A stretch of 64,000 bases of DNA from Porphyridium purpureum (taxonomy: Eukaryota). The position numbers and the translations under genes were made by a program. The notes under the pieces are model-generated. The model ran no database searches. It was not told the origin of the DNA and was given only the letters and a program-made list of their open reading frames with translations. Shown piece by piece: positions 43,131-55,266 of the stretch. The stretch is taken from positions 1,240,001 to 1,304,000 of the forward strand of contig VRMN01000002.1 of assembly GCA_008690995.1 (NCBI GenBank), read 5' to 3'. The stretch's first letter is position 1. Each line of letters opens with the position of its first letter.

Positions 43131-44477
43131 ATGGAGGCGGACGAAAGGGTGTTAGAGGTGCAAACACTGGATGCGATCATTGGCACAGAACTGAAACGGC
43201 TACCGAGCGAGAGCGCAGACGGCGGCGGCGGCGGTGGTGCTAGTGCTCATTTGCATTATAACAGGCACGCGCACGCCACGCAGCATAGCTCGGTGAAAAC
43301 GCAGACGGTGGTCTTTGCGCTCGCGGTGAACCCGGGTTCTGAGCATGAAGTGCAGAATCCCAGACAATATCCCGAGGCATACCAGCAGAGAGCAAATGTG
43401 TCACTCCTGCTTAAGATTCGCTTGCCCCCCGGACTACCCGGCACAGGCGCCCCGCAAGATTTCGGCATCTAGGAGACGAAATCCAGGAAACAAAATCCTG
43501 GTGACGAAATCCTGGTGACGAAATCCAAATACAAACGCGTATTTTGGCCTTCAAGAAGCCAAAGCAGCCGAAATTCGACAAATGGCTGCGCATGAGGCAA
43601 AGAAATACATCGGCGTGTGCGTGTATGATGTGGTCAACGTGGTCCGCGAGGAGCTCGTCAAAACCAATCGGCCCGAGCTCAGCCTGCGCGAGGAAATGAT
43701 GCAGCGCCAAGCTGAAATGCAGTGTCTCGAGCAGCATCGTTTGCAGAAGTAATGAACTGTGCAGCAAGCACAAGCCGAGCAGTATCTCAAGCAAGAGAAG
43801 CAGCGCGCGTTTGAAACGGAGCGCATGCGCAAGCTGGAAGCGCTCCTGACCAACGCACGCAAGCGCGAGGTGAGCGAGAGACTCGAATTGAGGCTATGCC
43901 GACCGCACCGTCGCTCGGGCATTCTCAATCGCCTCCTGGTTCTGGTCTGCAAGAGAAGCCCAAAGAAATTGACCACGACCCGCTGCAGGAGCTGAGCGCA
44001 GATGACCCCGCGCTATTGCTCCGCGTTCGTGCGGACAGCTTGAACAAAGCATGGAAACCAGATCGACAAGTCAAGGTCGAGAATACCATGCAAAGGGAGC
44101 CCTTGATCCAAGCAACGCATAGGCAGAATGAGCACGAGCTGAACGATAGGGAAGATGATCGCTTCAGTCTTCCCGAAGAGGACATTGTGTTTGATGAGGA
44201 TCCTTCCAAAGCGTCAAGAATGAGCTGGAGTAGTAGCAGCGGCGGCAGCAGCATCAGCACCAGCAGAAGTAGAAGTAGCAAAGGAACGAAACAAGGTATG
44301 AACACCAGTGGGGCCAGCGAGCACGAAGACGCGCTCAGTGTCAGCCTCTCCGGTCTCGGAAGCATGTCAGACGGGACAGGACTGACACAGAGCTCTGGGT
44401 CCGTCTTTGTGTACGGACAGAGTCGTGCAGCTTCAAATGAAGGAGATAATGAGCAAAGCTCAGAGGTCAGTGCTTAG
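43131..44477 (+). pseudogene. Disrupted RWD-domain gene resembling the GCN2 N-terminus
   Basis: E..LEVQTLDAI, then LKIRLP/PDYPAQAP across a frameshift in a C run, then G.CVYDVV..VREEL and SLREEMMQR. Stops fall in the 14-mer repeat and at 43750-43755. Confidence 0.6.
43472..43527. repeat. 14-bp tandem repeat x4 (GGTGACGAAATCCT-like)
   Basis: Read directly from the sequence. Confidence 0.8.
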
Positions 44478-44589
44478 GCTGGTAGCTGCGCTCAGCGCGA
44501 GTGGCGAGCGCGCGGAGTACCTGTGCAAGAGCGACGCAACGGTGAGCGAGCAGCTGGGTGCGGCTGGACGCGTGGGCGCTATGCATCTG

Positions 44590-45306
44590 TCACTCGCCTG
44601 CGTCCGTCTCGCGCCCGTACAGCCCGTGCTCCTCGATGTATTGCCGCACAGATTCATCCAAAACATACTTCACACTGTATCCGCGCCGCAGCATCCTGCG
44701 TGCCAGTGTGGAACTGATATTCGCCACAGGCGCGTCTGTCAGGACATGAATACGAGACGCAAGGCTCGCGTTTCGCACGTCCTCGTGCACGAGCTGGTGA
44801 AGATCCACCTGCGCTTGATGCACGTTTCGCGCATCGCCAGCAGCAGGTGACGGAGGCCGCGGCATGATCAGCAGCTCTGCTTTGCTCAGCAGCGCTTGCA
44901 CGCTATCCTCTGGCCATCCGCGTCGCTCCAGTATGTCCACCGCCACGTCGGTGCCGCACACGAACAGGACGCGCATGCTCGCCGGCTCGGCGTTCTTGGC
45001 GAGTTGCGCGCGCACATGACTTACCACCTCATGCGAACGCACGAAGCGCGCCTGCTCTGATTCCCATGTGTTCACATGGACCCACGCACTGCGCTGCAAC
45101 GCGTGCCGCAGCATTTCCACGCGGTGCGTCGCCGCGACCAGACCCGGCTTGCTCGCGCGGTACGCGTCGTTCACCGGCGACACTACGCCGATCACATCGC
45201 GCTCGCCCAGCGCGTGCACCGCGTGGTTCCGCGCAGTCTCCATCATCAGGCAGTGCATCACCGTTGGCGGCGAGAACGAGCCGCAGCTCAGCACCAGCGC
45301 AGGCAT
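44590..45306 (-). CDS. NMNAT: Nicotinamide/nicotinate mononucleotide adenylyltransferase
   Basis: CGSFSPPTVMH, SPVNDAY, HRVEM, WESEQ, ISST and SVKY...V..YI.EHGLY. Confidence 0.92.
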   Translation of the reverse strand: MPALVLSCGSFSPPTVMHCLMMETARNHAVHALGERDVIGVVSPVNDAYRASKPGLVAATHRVEMLRHALQRSAWVHVNTWESEQARFVRSHEVVSHVRAQLAKNAEPASMRVLFVCGTDVAVDILERRGWPEDSVQALLSKAELLIMPRPPSPAAGDARNVHQAQVDLHQLVHEDVRNASLASRIHVLTDAPVANISSTLARRMLRRGYSVKYVLDESVRQYIEEHGLYGRETDAGE

Positions 45307-45551
45307 CGTCGCCAGCCGTGCGTTCCGTGTGCGCCGCTCACGCTTCCTCTTCGATTCGGGCACCGTCCGCGAACTGAAACCTCGAGCAGACCAAAATATG
45401 CTGTACACCCGCAGTACACATATTATGTACAGTAAGAGTACTGCGAGTGAGATGTACAGCGGGTGTACAGCCGAGGTTACGTCGAGCCGGCACGCGCGAG
45501 TGGGGTGGCAACGAAGCGTGGGTGCGGGTGCCGAGGACGAAACGAGAGAGG

Positions 45552-46886
45552 ATGAGCCGCTCGGCGCGGGCCGCAGTTGTGGTGGCTGTGCTGCTGCTGG
45601 TGGCGGTGCTTGGGTACGGGTCGATTGCGGCGCATGCGGAAAATGGAGCCGAGCTGAGCGAGGATGAGCTGTTGGAGATCCGCGCGCGTCTGTATGCGGA
45701 TGAGCGCGCGCTGGATGAAGCGATTGCCGCGCTCACGGAAAAGGCCACTGCGCTGCAGGCACAGCACTCCGAACTCGACTCGCGGCATCAGCTCGCGCTC
45801 GAGGCGCACGCCGTGGACGTGCAGCGCAAGCTCGCGCTCCAGGCAGAGCTGGCGACCAATAAATTGAGCGTGGATCAGACGCGCCAGAAGATCGTGGCCA
45901 TGGAGCGGAGCATGCTCGAGCTCGTCAGGGATGTAGATAACATGCATGGAATCTTGCGTGAAATGCACAGCCGCGACTCGCCTTTGGCAGTCAGCCACGT
46001 CAAGGAGCGCCCGCTACGCACCATCATTGACGTGAGCGTCGCGCAGCTGCGCGGCTTTGAGGCGTCCATTTTACGCCGCTGGTGGCGTTCTGTCACACCC
46101 AGCATGGATGCGCTAGTAGAGCGTGCGGCCGCTCTCACTGTCGAGCACGCACGCGCGTCCGGCCCATCCCGCTTTTTCCTCAGTGTGATGCAGTGCGTGC
46201 TCTACGGTTGCATTCTCCTCTGGGTTGCGGGCATGGTGCGCGTTATCCGCGCGCTGCGGCGCCGCATCTCACTTTCATACGCCATCTTTTTTGCAGACGC
46301 CAGCGCCGCTGCGTTCTGGCTGCTCGTGCTATCGTGCGCAGTCATGTTCCGCTGCGATCCATTCCGCTCGCTCGCGGCGATGAACGCATGGCTCTTCTTC
46401 CACTTTCAGCTCTTGTGGCTGTGGGCATATATTGTTTATATCATCATGCGTGTGCTCAATGCTTCGCGAAGGCTTGACGCGGTTGCTGTGGGCGAGCTGT
46501 TCGGTATTATTGTTGTGGGACATCACCACTACACCGTGTCCTGGGCGCCGCTCATGCTCGCGCTCGACCAGACTAGTGCGAATCCTGTCGCCTTTGCGGC
46601 CGGCGGTGCTTCGATATCAACTCAAACCTTTTTCTATGCATGCTATGCGTGGCTGTACTGTGCAATTGTGTACATGAACATGACTGCGATGATGCCTCTG
46701 AGACAAATCAAGGGAGCTCCGCTGAGCCTAATTGGGCTCGTAGGCGTGCTTCGCCGGATGCTGTTCTCCGTGGATGGCGAGGTCCATCGGAGCACATCTG
46801 CGGTAGGGCAACTACCAAGCGCAGCCGATTTTTCAGAAAGCAGCGAGAGCACAGAGTATACATCGGACGACGACGATCCCTCCTGA
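45552..46886 (+). CDS. Uncharacterised membrane protein (signal/TM, coiled coil, multi-TM C-terminus)
   Basis: Long ORF with clear heptad and hydrophobic segments. Confidence 0.75.
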   Translation: MSRSARAAVVVAVLLLVAVLGYGSIAAHAENGAELSEDELLEIRARLYADERALDEAIAALTEKATALQAQHSELDSRHQLALEAHAVDVQRKLALQAELATNKLSVDQTRQKIVAMERSMLELVRDVDNMHGILREMHSRDSPLAVSHVKERPLRTIIDVSVAQLRGFEASILRRWWRSVTPSMDALVERAAALTVEHARASGPSRFFLSVMQCVLYGCILLWVAGMVRVIRALRRRISLSYAIFFADASAAAFWLLVLSCAVMFRCDPFRSLAAMNAWLFFHFQLLWLWAYIVYIIMRVLNASRRLDAVAVGELFGIIVVGHHHYTVSWAPLMLALDQTSANPVAFAAGGASISTQTFFYACYAWLYCAIVYMNMTAMMPLRQIKGAPLSLIGLVGVLRRMLFSVDGEVHRSTSAVGQLPSAADFSESSESTEYTSDDDDPS

Positions 46887-47400
46887 GTAAAAGTCACGCA
46901 CTCACATCGGTGAAAGCAAACGCCCCGATCGGATCAAACAAAACCATGTGGGCATGCCATTGCCGTTCTCAGCCCGAAAAGCTTACCTGATTGTCGATCG
47001 CATTAATCAAGTCGAACAAGTCGCCTTTTCTGACGCCTCGCGTGCACTTGCACAAAGCGTGATGGTCTTTTTATGGCGAACACACGAGCAGAATCTTTTT
47101 GCAGGCAGAGCTAGAATGGCCAGGGTCACCGACCTCATCAAATGCTGCGAATAAATTCTGGAGCTTTGATGCGCTGAACTTTTCCTCTCCACTCACATGC
47201 GGACCCCCAACTGCCTCTGCTCAGGTCACGCTTGATGCAGAAAGCCATGCTCAGACCTGTTTTCTCAAAATGGGAGCAGAGGCGAAAAGAATTCTGCGGA
47301 CGACGTACTTTCCCTGAAATGCAGCACGCAGCCCGTGACGTAGACTGCTCAAAATATAGTTTCGCTCTCTCCTGTAGCTCCTTTTTGTCCGACATGTCCA

Positions 47401-48111
47401 TCAGTCCACTTGCGCTTTCGTATCGGCAGGCACGCGTACAAAGGAGCATAACGTGGGTGAATAAATCATTCGATCGATGTCAACGGCATCCTCATTCGCC
47501 TTCGTAACCAGATGAGTGAGCTCGCTTTCTGACATGCACCGACTGCGATGTGATACTCGTAAATTCCTCCGCCGAGAAATATCAGCACGGCTATCCAACG
47601 GCAACCGCGTCGAACTTGACGATGATGGGTCCATGTCTAGTGTTCCGGGTGTGTTCTCGGTCCGTGGGTGGGACTTGAGGTGAGGAGACATCTGATGCAA
47701 ATAACGTTCCGGCTCTCCAGAATTCAAAGTGCTACGGCTCCACTCCTTCGTCGCACGGTCCCCGCTCGCTTCTGGGCGAGTCAGGGAAGGGGAGGAGACT
47801 TTTCCAGGCAGCCCTGAAAACGACGTGCTCTTCTTCATACGCAGCGGTCCCGAATCGAGCGTGTCACTGTCGTCGTCGTGGCTTTTCCAGTGCTCTACAT
47901 CTGCGGTCTCGTCCTCTTGTCCATGCTCAAGCGCCAGAATCTTCTTCTTTACTCGCTCCCACCTGTCCACGGTCTTTCTCCTCAACCTTGCCCTGCGGCC
48001 CGCACCGTGTTCGCTGCTTCCTGCACTCACGACTGCAGATGCAGCAGCGGGCGGCACAGGTGTCCCGTCAAATTCTCCGGTTGCCATCGCGGATGCCAAT
48101 ACAGATGGCAT
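47401..48111 (-). CDS. Hypothetical low-complexity protein, possibly truncated
   Basis: 236-aa ATG ORF rich in Ser, Asp and Arg; divergent from the K+ channel gene. Confidence 0.4.
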   Translation of the reverse strand: MPSVLASAMATGEFDGTPVPPAAASAVVSAGSSEHGAGRRARLRRKTVDRWERVKKKILALEHGQEDETADVEHWKSHDDDSDTLDSGPLRMKKSTSFSGLPGKVSSPSLTRPEASGDRATKEWSRSTLNSGEPERYLHQMSPHLKSHPRTENTPGTLDMDPSSSSSTRLPLDSRADISRRRNLRVSHRSRCMSESELTHLVTKANEDAVDIDRMIYSPTLCSFVRVPADTKAQVD

Positions 48112-48320
48112 GCCGTGGAACGTCCATCTGTTGTTTCACCCTGCATCTCGCTCAGCCTGTGGAAGATTGTCGGGTCGGGTCCACGCAGATTTGCTGGTCT
48201 ACGTGAAAGGGACGAACGGGGGGAGGCGAGCGAGAGCGACAGCCCGCCAGATTCGGCATCGAAGGGGGAGAGCGACGCGACAGGTTGACTCTGTATGTTT
48301 GCAGTTGCTGAGGGGGAAAG

Positions 48321-51300
48321 ATGGAGCAGTTTGTTGAGGTGCCTCTGGTGCAGCGGCAGGTACTGAATGGCTCTCAGTGGCCGAATTTCGGCTACGTCAT
48401 TGCAGCCGGATTTGCTTTACTGGTCGTCGTTGGGTTGGCGTACCCGCTTACCGTGGTTATTCACATGCAAGTGCCGTCCAAAATTGAGCGCATTATTCAC
48501 GCGAACCTCAAGCAGGCAGAGAAGAAGCGCATGACAATGCATAACATCACCTCGTCCAAAAGCATCGGAGCCTCGCTGATTCGACGGGTAACTTCAGGGA
48601 AAGGGTCTGTCCGTGACTCGCAGGACGAGTATGGAAATCTCAGTGAGAAGGATGAGATAAGAGTATCATCAATGGCCGCATTGGAGAAGCTTACGAACCG
48701 GTCTAGCTTTTGGGAACGGTATGCGCGCAGCAACATGGCACTCTCGCGGTGGAAAGCACACGCGCTTAAAACCGTTATTTCAAAGCTTGGCCTGTTTCCT
48801 TTTGCGCTGCTTCTCGTCATGAACTGTGCGCTGGTGGTTGTTACGCTTGTTGATAGCTTTGGGTCGGTGCAGAGCGACGGCGCGTCGGGAACAGCAATTG
48901 ATACCGTTGTGCTGGTCTTTACGGCCATTATCACGGTCGCGGATCTCATGGGCTTCATCTTCATGCCTTTTCCAAAGAAGAATCCGTATATCTGCTGGAC
49001 GAGTCTGATTGTCATCGTAGAGTGTCTCTCGCTTCCATCCATGTGGGCGCGCGGTACGAATCTTGTCGAATCTGCCAATCTCATCTTCCTGCGCGCCTTT
49101 TCTGCATATTTTGTATTTGCATTCTTGTGGTATCCCACGCGAAATCCGGAAAAGCCGTTCCCGATCGTTTCAAAACTGGACGCGTTTCTGTGGATGGTGT
49201 TTTTGCTTTGTATGTTCTACTGTTTCGCAGCGCTAATCACAATTCTCGAGCAGCTCGGCAATCCGCAAGCGAGCTGGGACAACTCTTCTTACGACTTTGA
49301 GTGGAACTCGTTCAATGGTATTTACTTCATCTTGGTGACTCTCACGACAGTTGGCTATGGTGACATGTTACCTTCCAATTACTTTTCACTTGCATTTGTC
49401 ACGCTCATGATTCTAAGTGCGCTTTTCTATTTTGCGTACCGTATCGGTGATTTGCTCGAAGTGATCAATGAGCTTCAACGCGGCGGCGGTGCATATTCGC
49501 GTCGTGCAGATTTCTTTCACATAGTATTTGCAGGGAAACCGACGCCAGATGAGTTGGCGTCGTTCTCGACGGGTTTTTTCGACGACGTGTATGCATGTTC
49601 GCCTCTCACTCAAATCGTGGTGCTAGAAAAGGGTCTAGACTGGAACGATGAGGTTTACCATATTGTGTTTGACCCGGACGAGGTTGATTCAAAGCGTCTA
49701 TTTTACATCGACGGCTCGCCGCTCGACCCTGAGGACCGTGCACGAGCAAAGTTCGATAACGCCGAGGCATACTACTGTCCTTCTGTGGAGCCGCGTGTGG
49801 ACGATGACTTGAGCGCGGAGCAGGTGAATTTGGTGACTGCGATTGTGGTGCGTGACTTTGCGCCCAACACCCGGCCAACCGTGCTTGCATTCACTCGCCC
49901 GGAATGTGAGTTTCTCGCGATGCGTGCCCTCGGCACACCGGAGGTCAAAGCGAACCGCACCTTCTATGAAATGCGAGGCGTGGCTGCTAACAGTCGCGAA
50001 TTACTCTTGGGCCTGTTCGCAACATCACTACGTGTAGAGGGCGCTGCAACCCTGCTCACCCTGATGATGTCGCATCATCCAGCACAAATTGTCCCCACCG
50101 ATCAGCCTTGGGCGGAAGAGTTCAAGCGCGGCGGAAAGCAGGTGCTACGGACTGTACGCCTTTCCGAGAACATTACTGGGATGCACCCATCGGCCTTGGC
50201 GTCCGAATTATTTGCCCGCACGGGCGTGCTCATGGTCGGTATCATCTCAGTCACTCACGGCTCTCGTTTCATATATCAGTACCGTACGAAAAAGGACGAC
50301 AAGGAAGAAACGCTCAGTGGTGGCCAGGACGTTGGCGCGATTGTATTGTGCAACGACGAACAGTACGAGCTTTTATTTATCCTGGAATATTTTCGCAATT
50401 CCAGCTCTGCATCTGAGGACATGCTGTTTCGAAAGACGATGCTGTTACTGCAGGGCGAAGGACGCCGTGACTTGCACAAGGGTGCGTCCCAGGTGTACAA
50501 GTTGCGTCGAGAAGCTCGCTGGGAGTCTATGAGAGAGGCAGATCGTGCGGCTGCAGTCGACGAGGTCAACATGTTATTTGACGCAGACGAAGACGTGCCA
50601 AATGTTATGGCGGCGGAAAAAGCGGACGAAAAACCAAGTCTCGTGCTCATTTGCGGATTTGATGGCAACATACTTGCTCGCGCTTTGGCCATAGTGGAAA
50701 CATTCGAGAGACAACAAAGGGCACTTGACTTGGATGACCCGGCCGGATTATGTTCTGGGATGACTCGCACAGAGTTTTTGATTATTTTGCCTGACCTCAG
50801 CACGGACTTGATTGAAGAACACACACGACCTGGCATATCGATATCCTGTGCTGACCCGACCAAGGAAACAATCTTACGATCGCTCGGTGCGGACAAGGCA
50901 TCTCGCGCCATTGTCTTACAAACTGAGGTGGACGATTCGGACAAGACGAGTGTGAGTTCTACTGCTCTTTTCATGATATTAGCATTAGAGAGAGTTATCC
51001 CTCTGGACGCGGTATTCTACTCGATAATGGAGGCGGACTGGAGCACGACATTTAGTAGCTTGCAGACCGCAGACCGCAGAAATCTTGAGTATTTAGGTAC
51101 GCCGGCACTTCCGATTCCGGTTGAGAATCAGATCAAGCACAGCGAACTATCAAGTCTCGGTTGCGGTGCAGATGTAGGCCTGGATATGCCAGACATTGTT
51201 GCGCAGCGCACGCGCGAGGACTACGCACGAGTCTCGACGTACAAGATTAAGTTTTTTGATCAGATACCGAACGAGATCGAGAACAGGGCTATGTCCCGCT

Positions 51301-51827
51301 TTGCGTCTGGGCAAATGATGGCTCCATTGCTGCCGATGGCAGCTTTTGGCTCGGAGTTTCTGTCTCCAGGCACGCTCTGGTTCATCAAGAACGCCCTTGG
51401 TATGTCGAGTCTTCAGAACGACGAGTACAGGGGCATGCCTAAATTACGCTTGTGGAATTTCCCGGCGCGATGGGAGGGCAGGCCTTACGGCGAGCTCGCA
51501 TTTTACTTGTACTAGCGGCAATGTGTCCCACTAGGCCTTCTACGATCTGGCAGAGGGCCGGTGCATGTGCAAACAGGGCGCCACAGTGAGATGGTTATGG
51601 AGTTACTGGAGCGAGCACTGAAGAAGGAGGACTGGATGGACTCTTGTGTGCAAATTCCGAAGTTTTACAAACGCGCAAAGTCCTCAGGCGCCGAGCTTCC
51701 GTGGATTTACGTCAACCCGTGGCCCTTTGTGGTGTTGAGCGAGTTTGATGCCGTGTACCTGTGCTGTGATGACTCGGCGTGGCTCCGAGAAGAAACGTTT
51801 GCGGAAGCCGCAGCGCATTCGCCATAG
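48321..51827 (+). CDS. BK/Slo-like Ca2+-activated K+ channel with an in-frame TAG at 51513-51515
   Basis: TM helices, pore YF..VTLTTVGYGD, RCK domains and RFASG. The motif YGEL....*..VPLGLLR...IYVNP....L...DAVY spans the stop. Confidence 0.85.
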
Positions 51828-52004
51828 GATGCGACTCAGAAGAAGGAACTTTGGCTTTACAGGGTGAATCTCGATGAATGACCGCCAGCATATGCTTGCC
51901 GATGATGGAAGCTTGAACAAAATAAATGAAGAAACCAGCGACACGGCGCACCATGACCTGTGGTGAGCACGCATCCAGGCGGGCGGCATGGCGAGCGTTT
52001 CATT

Positions 52005-52613
52005 CTAGCAGCAGCCGCCAGACTTGACGTTTGCATCCTTCGCATTGATATTAATACTGGCCCGCTCCGGCCTTGCTATGGGCTGGAAATTGTCCGCGTC
52101 CTCGATTTCACGTGCCATGGCGAGGAACGCCTCCTCGACGTTTTGTGCAGTCTTTGCAGACGTTTCGAGAAGTTTCATGCCATGTTCGTCAGCAAAGGCT
52201 TGGGCCATAGCGGTGTCGACGGCGCGCTCACTCTCAAGGTCTGCCTTATTTCCAACCAGCAGCTTACTAACATTTGCGTTCGCGAATCTGCCGATCTCCC
52301 GCAGCCATGACTTGACATTCTCGAAAGACTCGAGGTCCGTGGTGTCATAAACAATCATAATTCCGTGCGCGCCGCGATAATACGAAGACGTGATGGTGCG
52401 AAAGCGCTCCTGACCGGCCGTGTCCCAGATTTGGAGCTTGATATTCCGATTTCCGTGCTTCATGGTGCGGATCTTGAAATCGACGCCGATGGTCGAAATA
52501 AAACTTTCACTGAACGAATCATCTGCGAAGCGGACCAGCAGACACGACTTTCCCACTCCAGAGTCTCCTATCAGGAGCAGCTTGAACAGCAAGTCATACT
52601 GCTCTGCGCTCAT
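52005..52613 (-). CDS. RAB1: Rab1/RabD small GTPase
   Basis: [48 protein letters not shown] and GGCC. Confidence 0.92.
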   Translation of the reverse strand: MSAEQYDLLFKLLLIGDSGVGKSCLLVRFADDSFSESFISTIGVDFKIRTMKHGNRNIKLQIWDTAGQERFRTITSSYYRGAHGIMIVYDTTDLESFENVKSWLREIGRFANANVSKLLVGNKADLESERAVDTAMAQAFADEHGMKLLETSAKTAQNVEEAFLAMAREIEDADNFQPIARPERASININAKDANVKSGGCC

Positions 52614-55266
52614 CCTGTCCGTGTGCCAACCAACCAGCCCGTATCCCGATACCACAACCACCACCACCAGCACCAACGTTTCCAGCGCCCAAGCCCGCCG
52701 CTCTCCTTTGCGCTCTATCAGTCACTCTGCTGCTTCACACGGCCACGCACAAACACACCGCTGCTGCTCAATCGAGTCTGTTCGCCTCCATATAACATCC
52801 CCTCCGCTCTTCCCCTCTCACACCACCACCCAACATTTGAAGCCTCTCAATTGCCGACACTTGAAAACCGAAACAGATCAAAAAATCCTTGCCAAAAATA
52901 ATTGCCACGAGCGCGCACTGTACTTCAGTAACTGTACATGCGCCCACCATGTAACATCGTTTTGGTTTGTTTTGGGTTTGAACCGATAGCGCCGTTTGTG
53001 GGGATGACGAAAGGCGTGGGACGCTGGGTCGGATGGGGTGGGAAACGCGCTCCACAAACGCCTCCCGACTGGCGCGCTCATTGGGCACCCACGCCGATCG
53101 CCGCAGCGGTCACACGCCGTGCGATAACCGGACTTGATTCGGCAGATGGGTTTTGATGAACACTCCCAGCCACAGTTTGGCGGCGCTCGTGAAGATGGTG
53201 CACACACAGCGAAAGACGCAATGGCGAGCGTTGCGGTGACGCTTCTTATCGGTTCACATCTAACCGTTGCGCCGCTCTGATCGCATCGTGAGCGGGTTGC
53301 AGTGGACATCCGCCGCCTGTCACGATGACCGCTGCGCGCCTGACTGTGAGCGCTCAGCGCCCGACTCCTCACGTGCCGTTGTTACGCGTCTCTTTGTGTG
53401 TTTCTGTGCGTGTGGACGCGCTTCTGCATGGTGCAAGCTCGCCAACGTGGCGGATAAGTCGCGTATAAGTTGATTTGCATTTTGAGCGCGTTGGTGGGCC
53501 AATAGGTTGTGGAGCACAGCGTGGCAGCGTCCTCGTTGAGAACTGTGCTCAGTATTGTCAGGCAAGAAGATGCCGTAAACGCAGGGTTGATTCAGTGACT
53601 TGAGCCATCCGCGCGCTAAGCGAGTAAACCCATTCGCGCGAGTTTGCCCCCCGCAAGATGACGCCCACGAGAATACGCAGGCCTCGATACCGCTGACACC
53701 GTCACGACGTAAAATAGGGTACATTGAAGTGGTGCTGAAGTTCAAAGTTGCGTTTCCGAACCCGTCACTCGAAGGGAGCTCGCACGCATACCGTGCTTGC
53801 CGCGCCAGGAGGATATTCATAGAGCGATGATCTCCGGTGATGCAACACTTTCTGCTATTTAACTTCCTATGGCCAACGAAACAAAGGAAAGCCAATCTGT
53901 GCATTATGTGCTTATGAAGAGTGTAACCTTGCGTCCGCTTCCACATGGTGGAAACGTTTCGCCTGGCCACCGCTTCTCGGTCTTTCGAAACAGAAACGGA
54001 CTTGCCCACGCTGCAGTAGGCTCGAGCTCTGAGGGCTCCCATGCTCGTCGCTCTGGACCGCTAATGGGATTCGTGTCGAACAAAAGTGGAAGTTTCTGTC
54101 ATTCCACGCGTTGAGAAAGGAATGCGCATTCTCTGCTGCACGGTGATTGAGTGCACATGCATTCGCGCGCTGAATTCTTGGCCTCAAAAGTGGGTGTGTT
54201 GACGTCCATTCACCAGTGGTAAAACCGATGCCGGGCTTGCAAAGACGTTCTGGTAACCACAGTTTTCTCCTGTATACAAAGGTTTGCTTCGTGACAATTT
54301 GCTTCGCAGAGCGGCGATTGGGGCCCGGCTTTTGAGATGATGGCCATCCTGTATATCGTCCTCCTGGGTACCATGTCTTTGGAATTTGCGTACTGATCAG
54401 CGCGCCCGAATGTGAGTCGTCTCATGTGTCTGTTCATAGTCCTGCGCCCTTCAGTGGCGTCAAAAATTGTAACCACTTGATCTCGTGGGGTCATGATTTT
54501 GTCCGAGATGAACGCGCGGGAAACAGGAAACGTCCGCTCGAGGAGATGGAGGCCGAATCTGTCGATGGAAACAGGTCCAGATCCTTGTTCAAATTCTGCG
54601 CGACAGAGAATGAGACGCGCGGAAAGGTCTGTTTGCGAAAAGAGGACGACCGCTAACTTGGAAAGAGGTACATAAGCAAGCAAGTACATGCACGCGAGAC
54701 ACATCCGAACGCACCTCTAGTCAGATGTTCAACCTTTGTGCGCAAGCGCGGATGATGCACGGAAAGTGCCATGACATTTAATGCGAGTTCCGCTGCGCAC
54801 CGAATTCTAGCGCGGAAACATTGGAATCGCGACTTGAGCCATTCAAATCCAACAAGTACCGATTCTGAATGATAAGAACGGTGAGCAAGGCGTCCGTCTC
54901 TACGCGCGTTAAGATTGTCTGCGCAAGTGCAGGCTAGGCATTGCGAATCAACTGCGAGAAGACTGCCCCTCTTTCACTCTTCATTCCATCCCCTCACCTT
55001 CCACCGAGCCTGCGGCGAGATGAGGAGATTGTATGTTATGGATTTTAATGATTAGATGGCATCATTTTACTATGAGCGACATGTACCTCCTCCGCTGTGT
55101 GGTTCAAGTGGCTTGATAACGTGCGTGCGTGAGACGTGAAGACATGGGTTGGAGCAAGTGGAACAGAAGCCGCTCAACACTATCGGCGGAAGACGTGCAG
55201 GGCGACATGGAGAGACAGAAACGCGCACTTTCGTCCATCTCAGGCATGGTAGGTGGCGGTGCCTCG

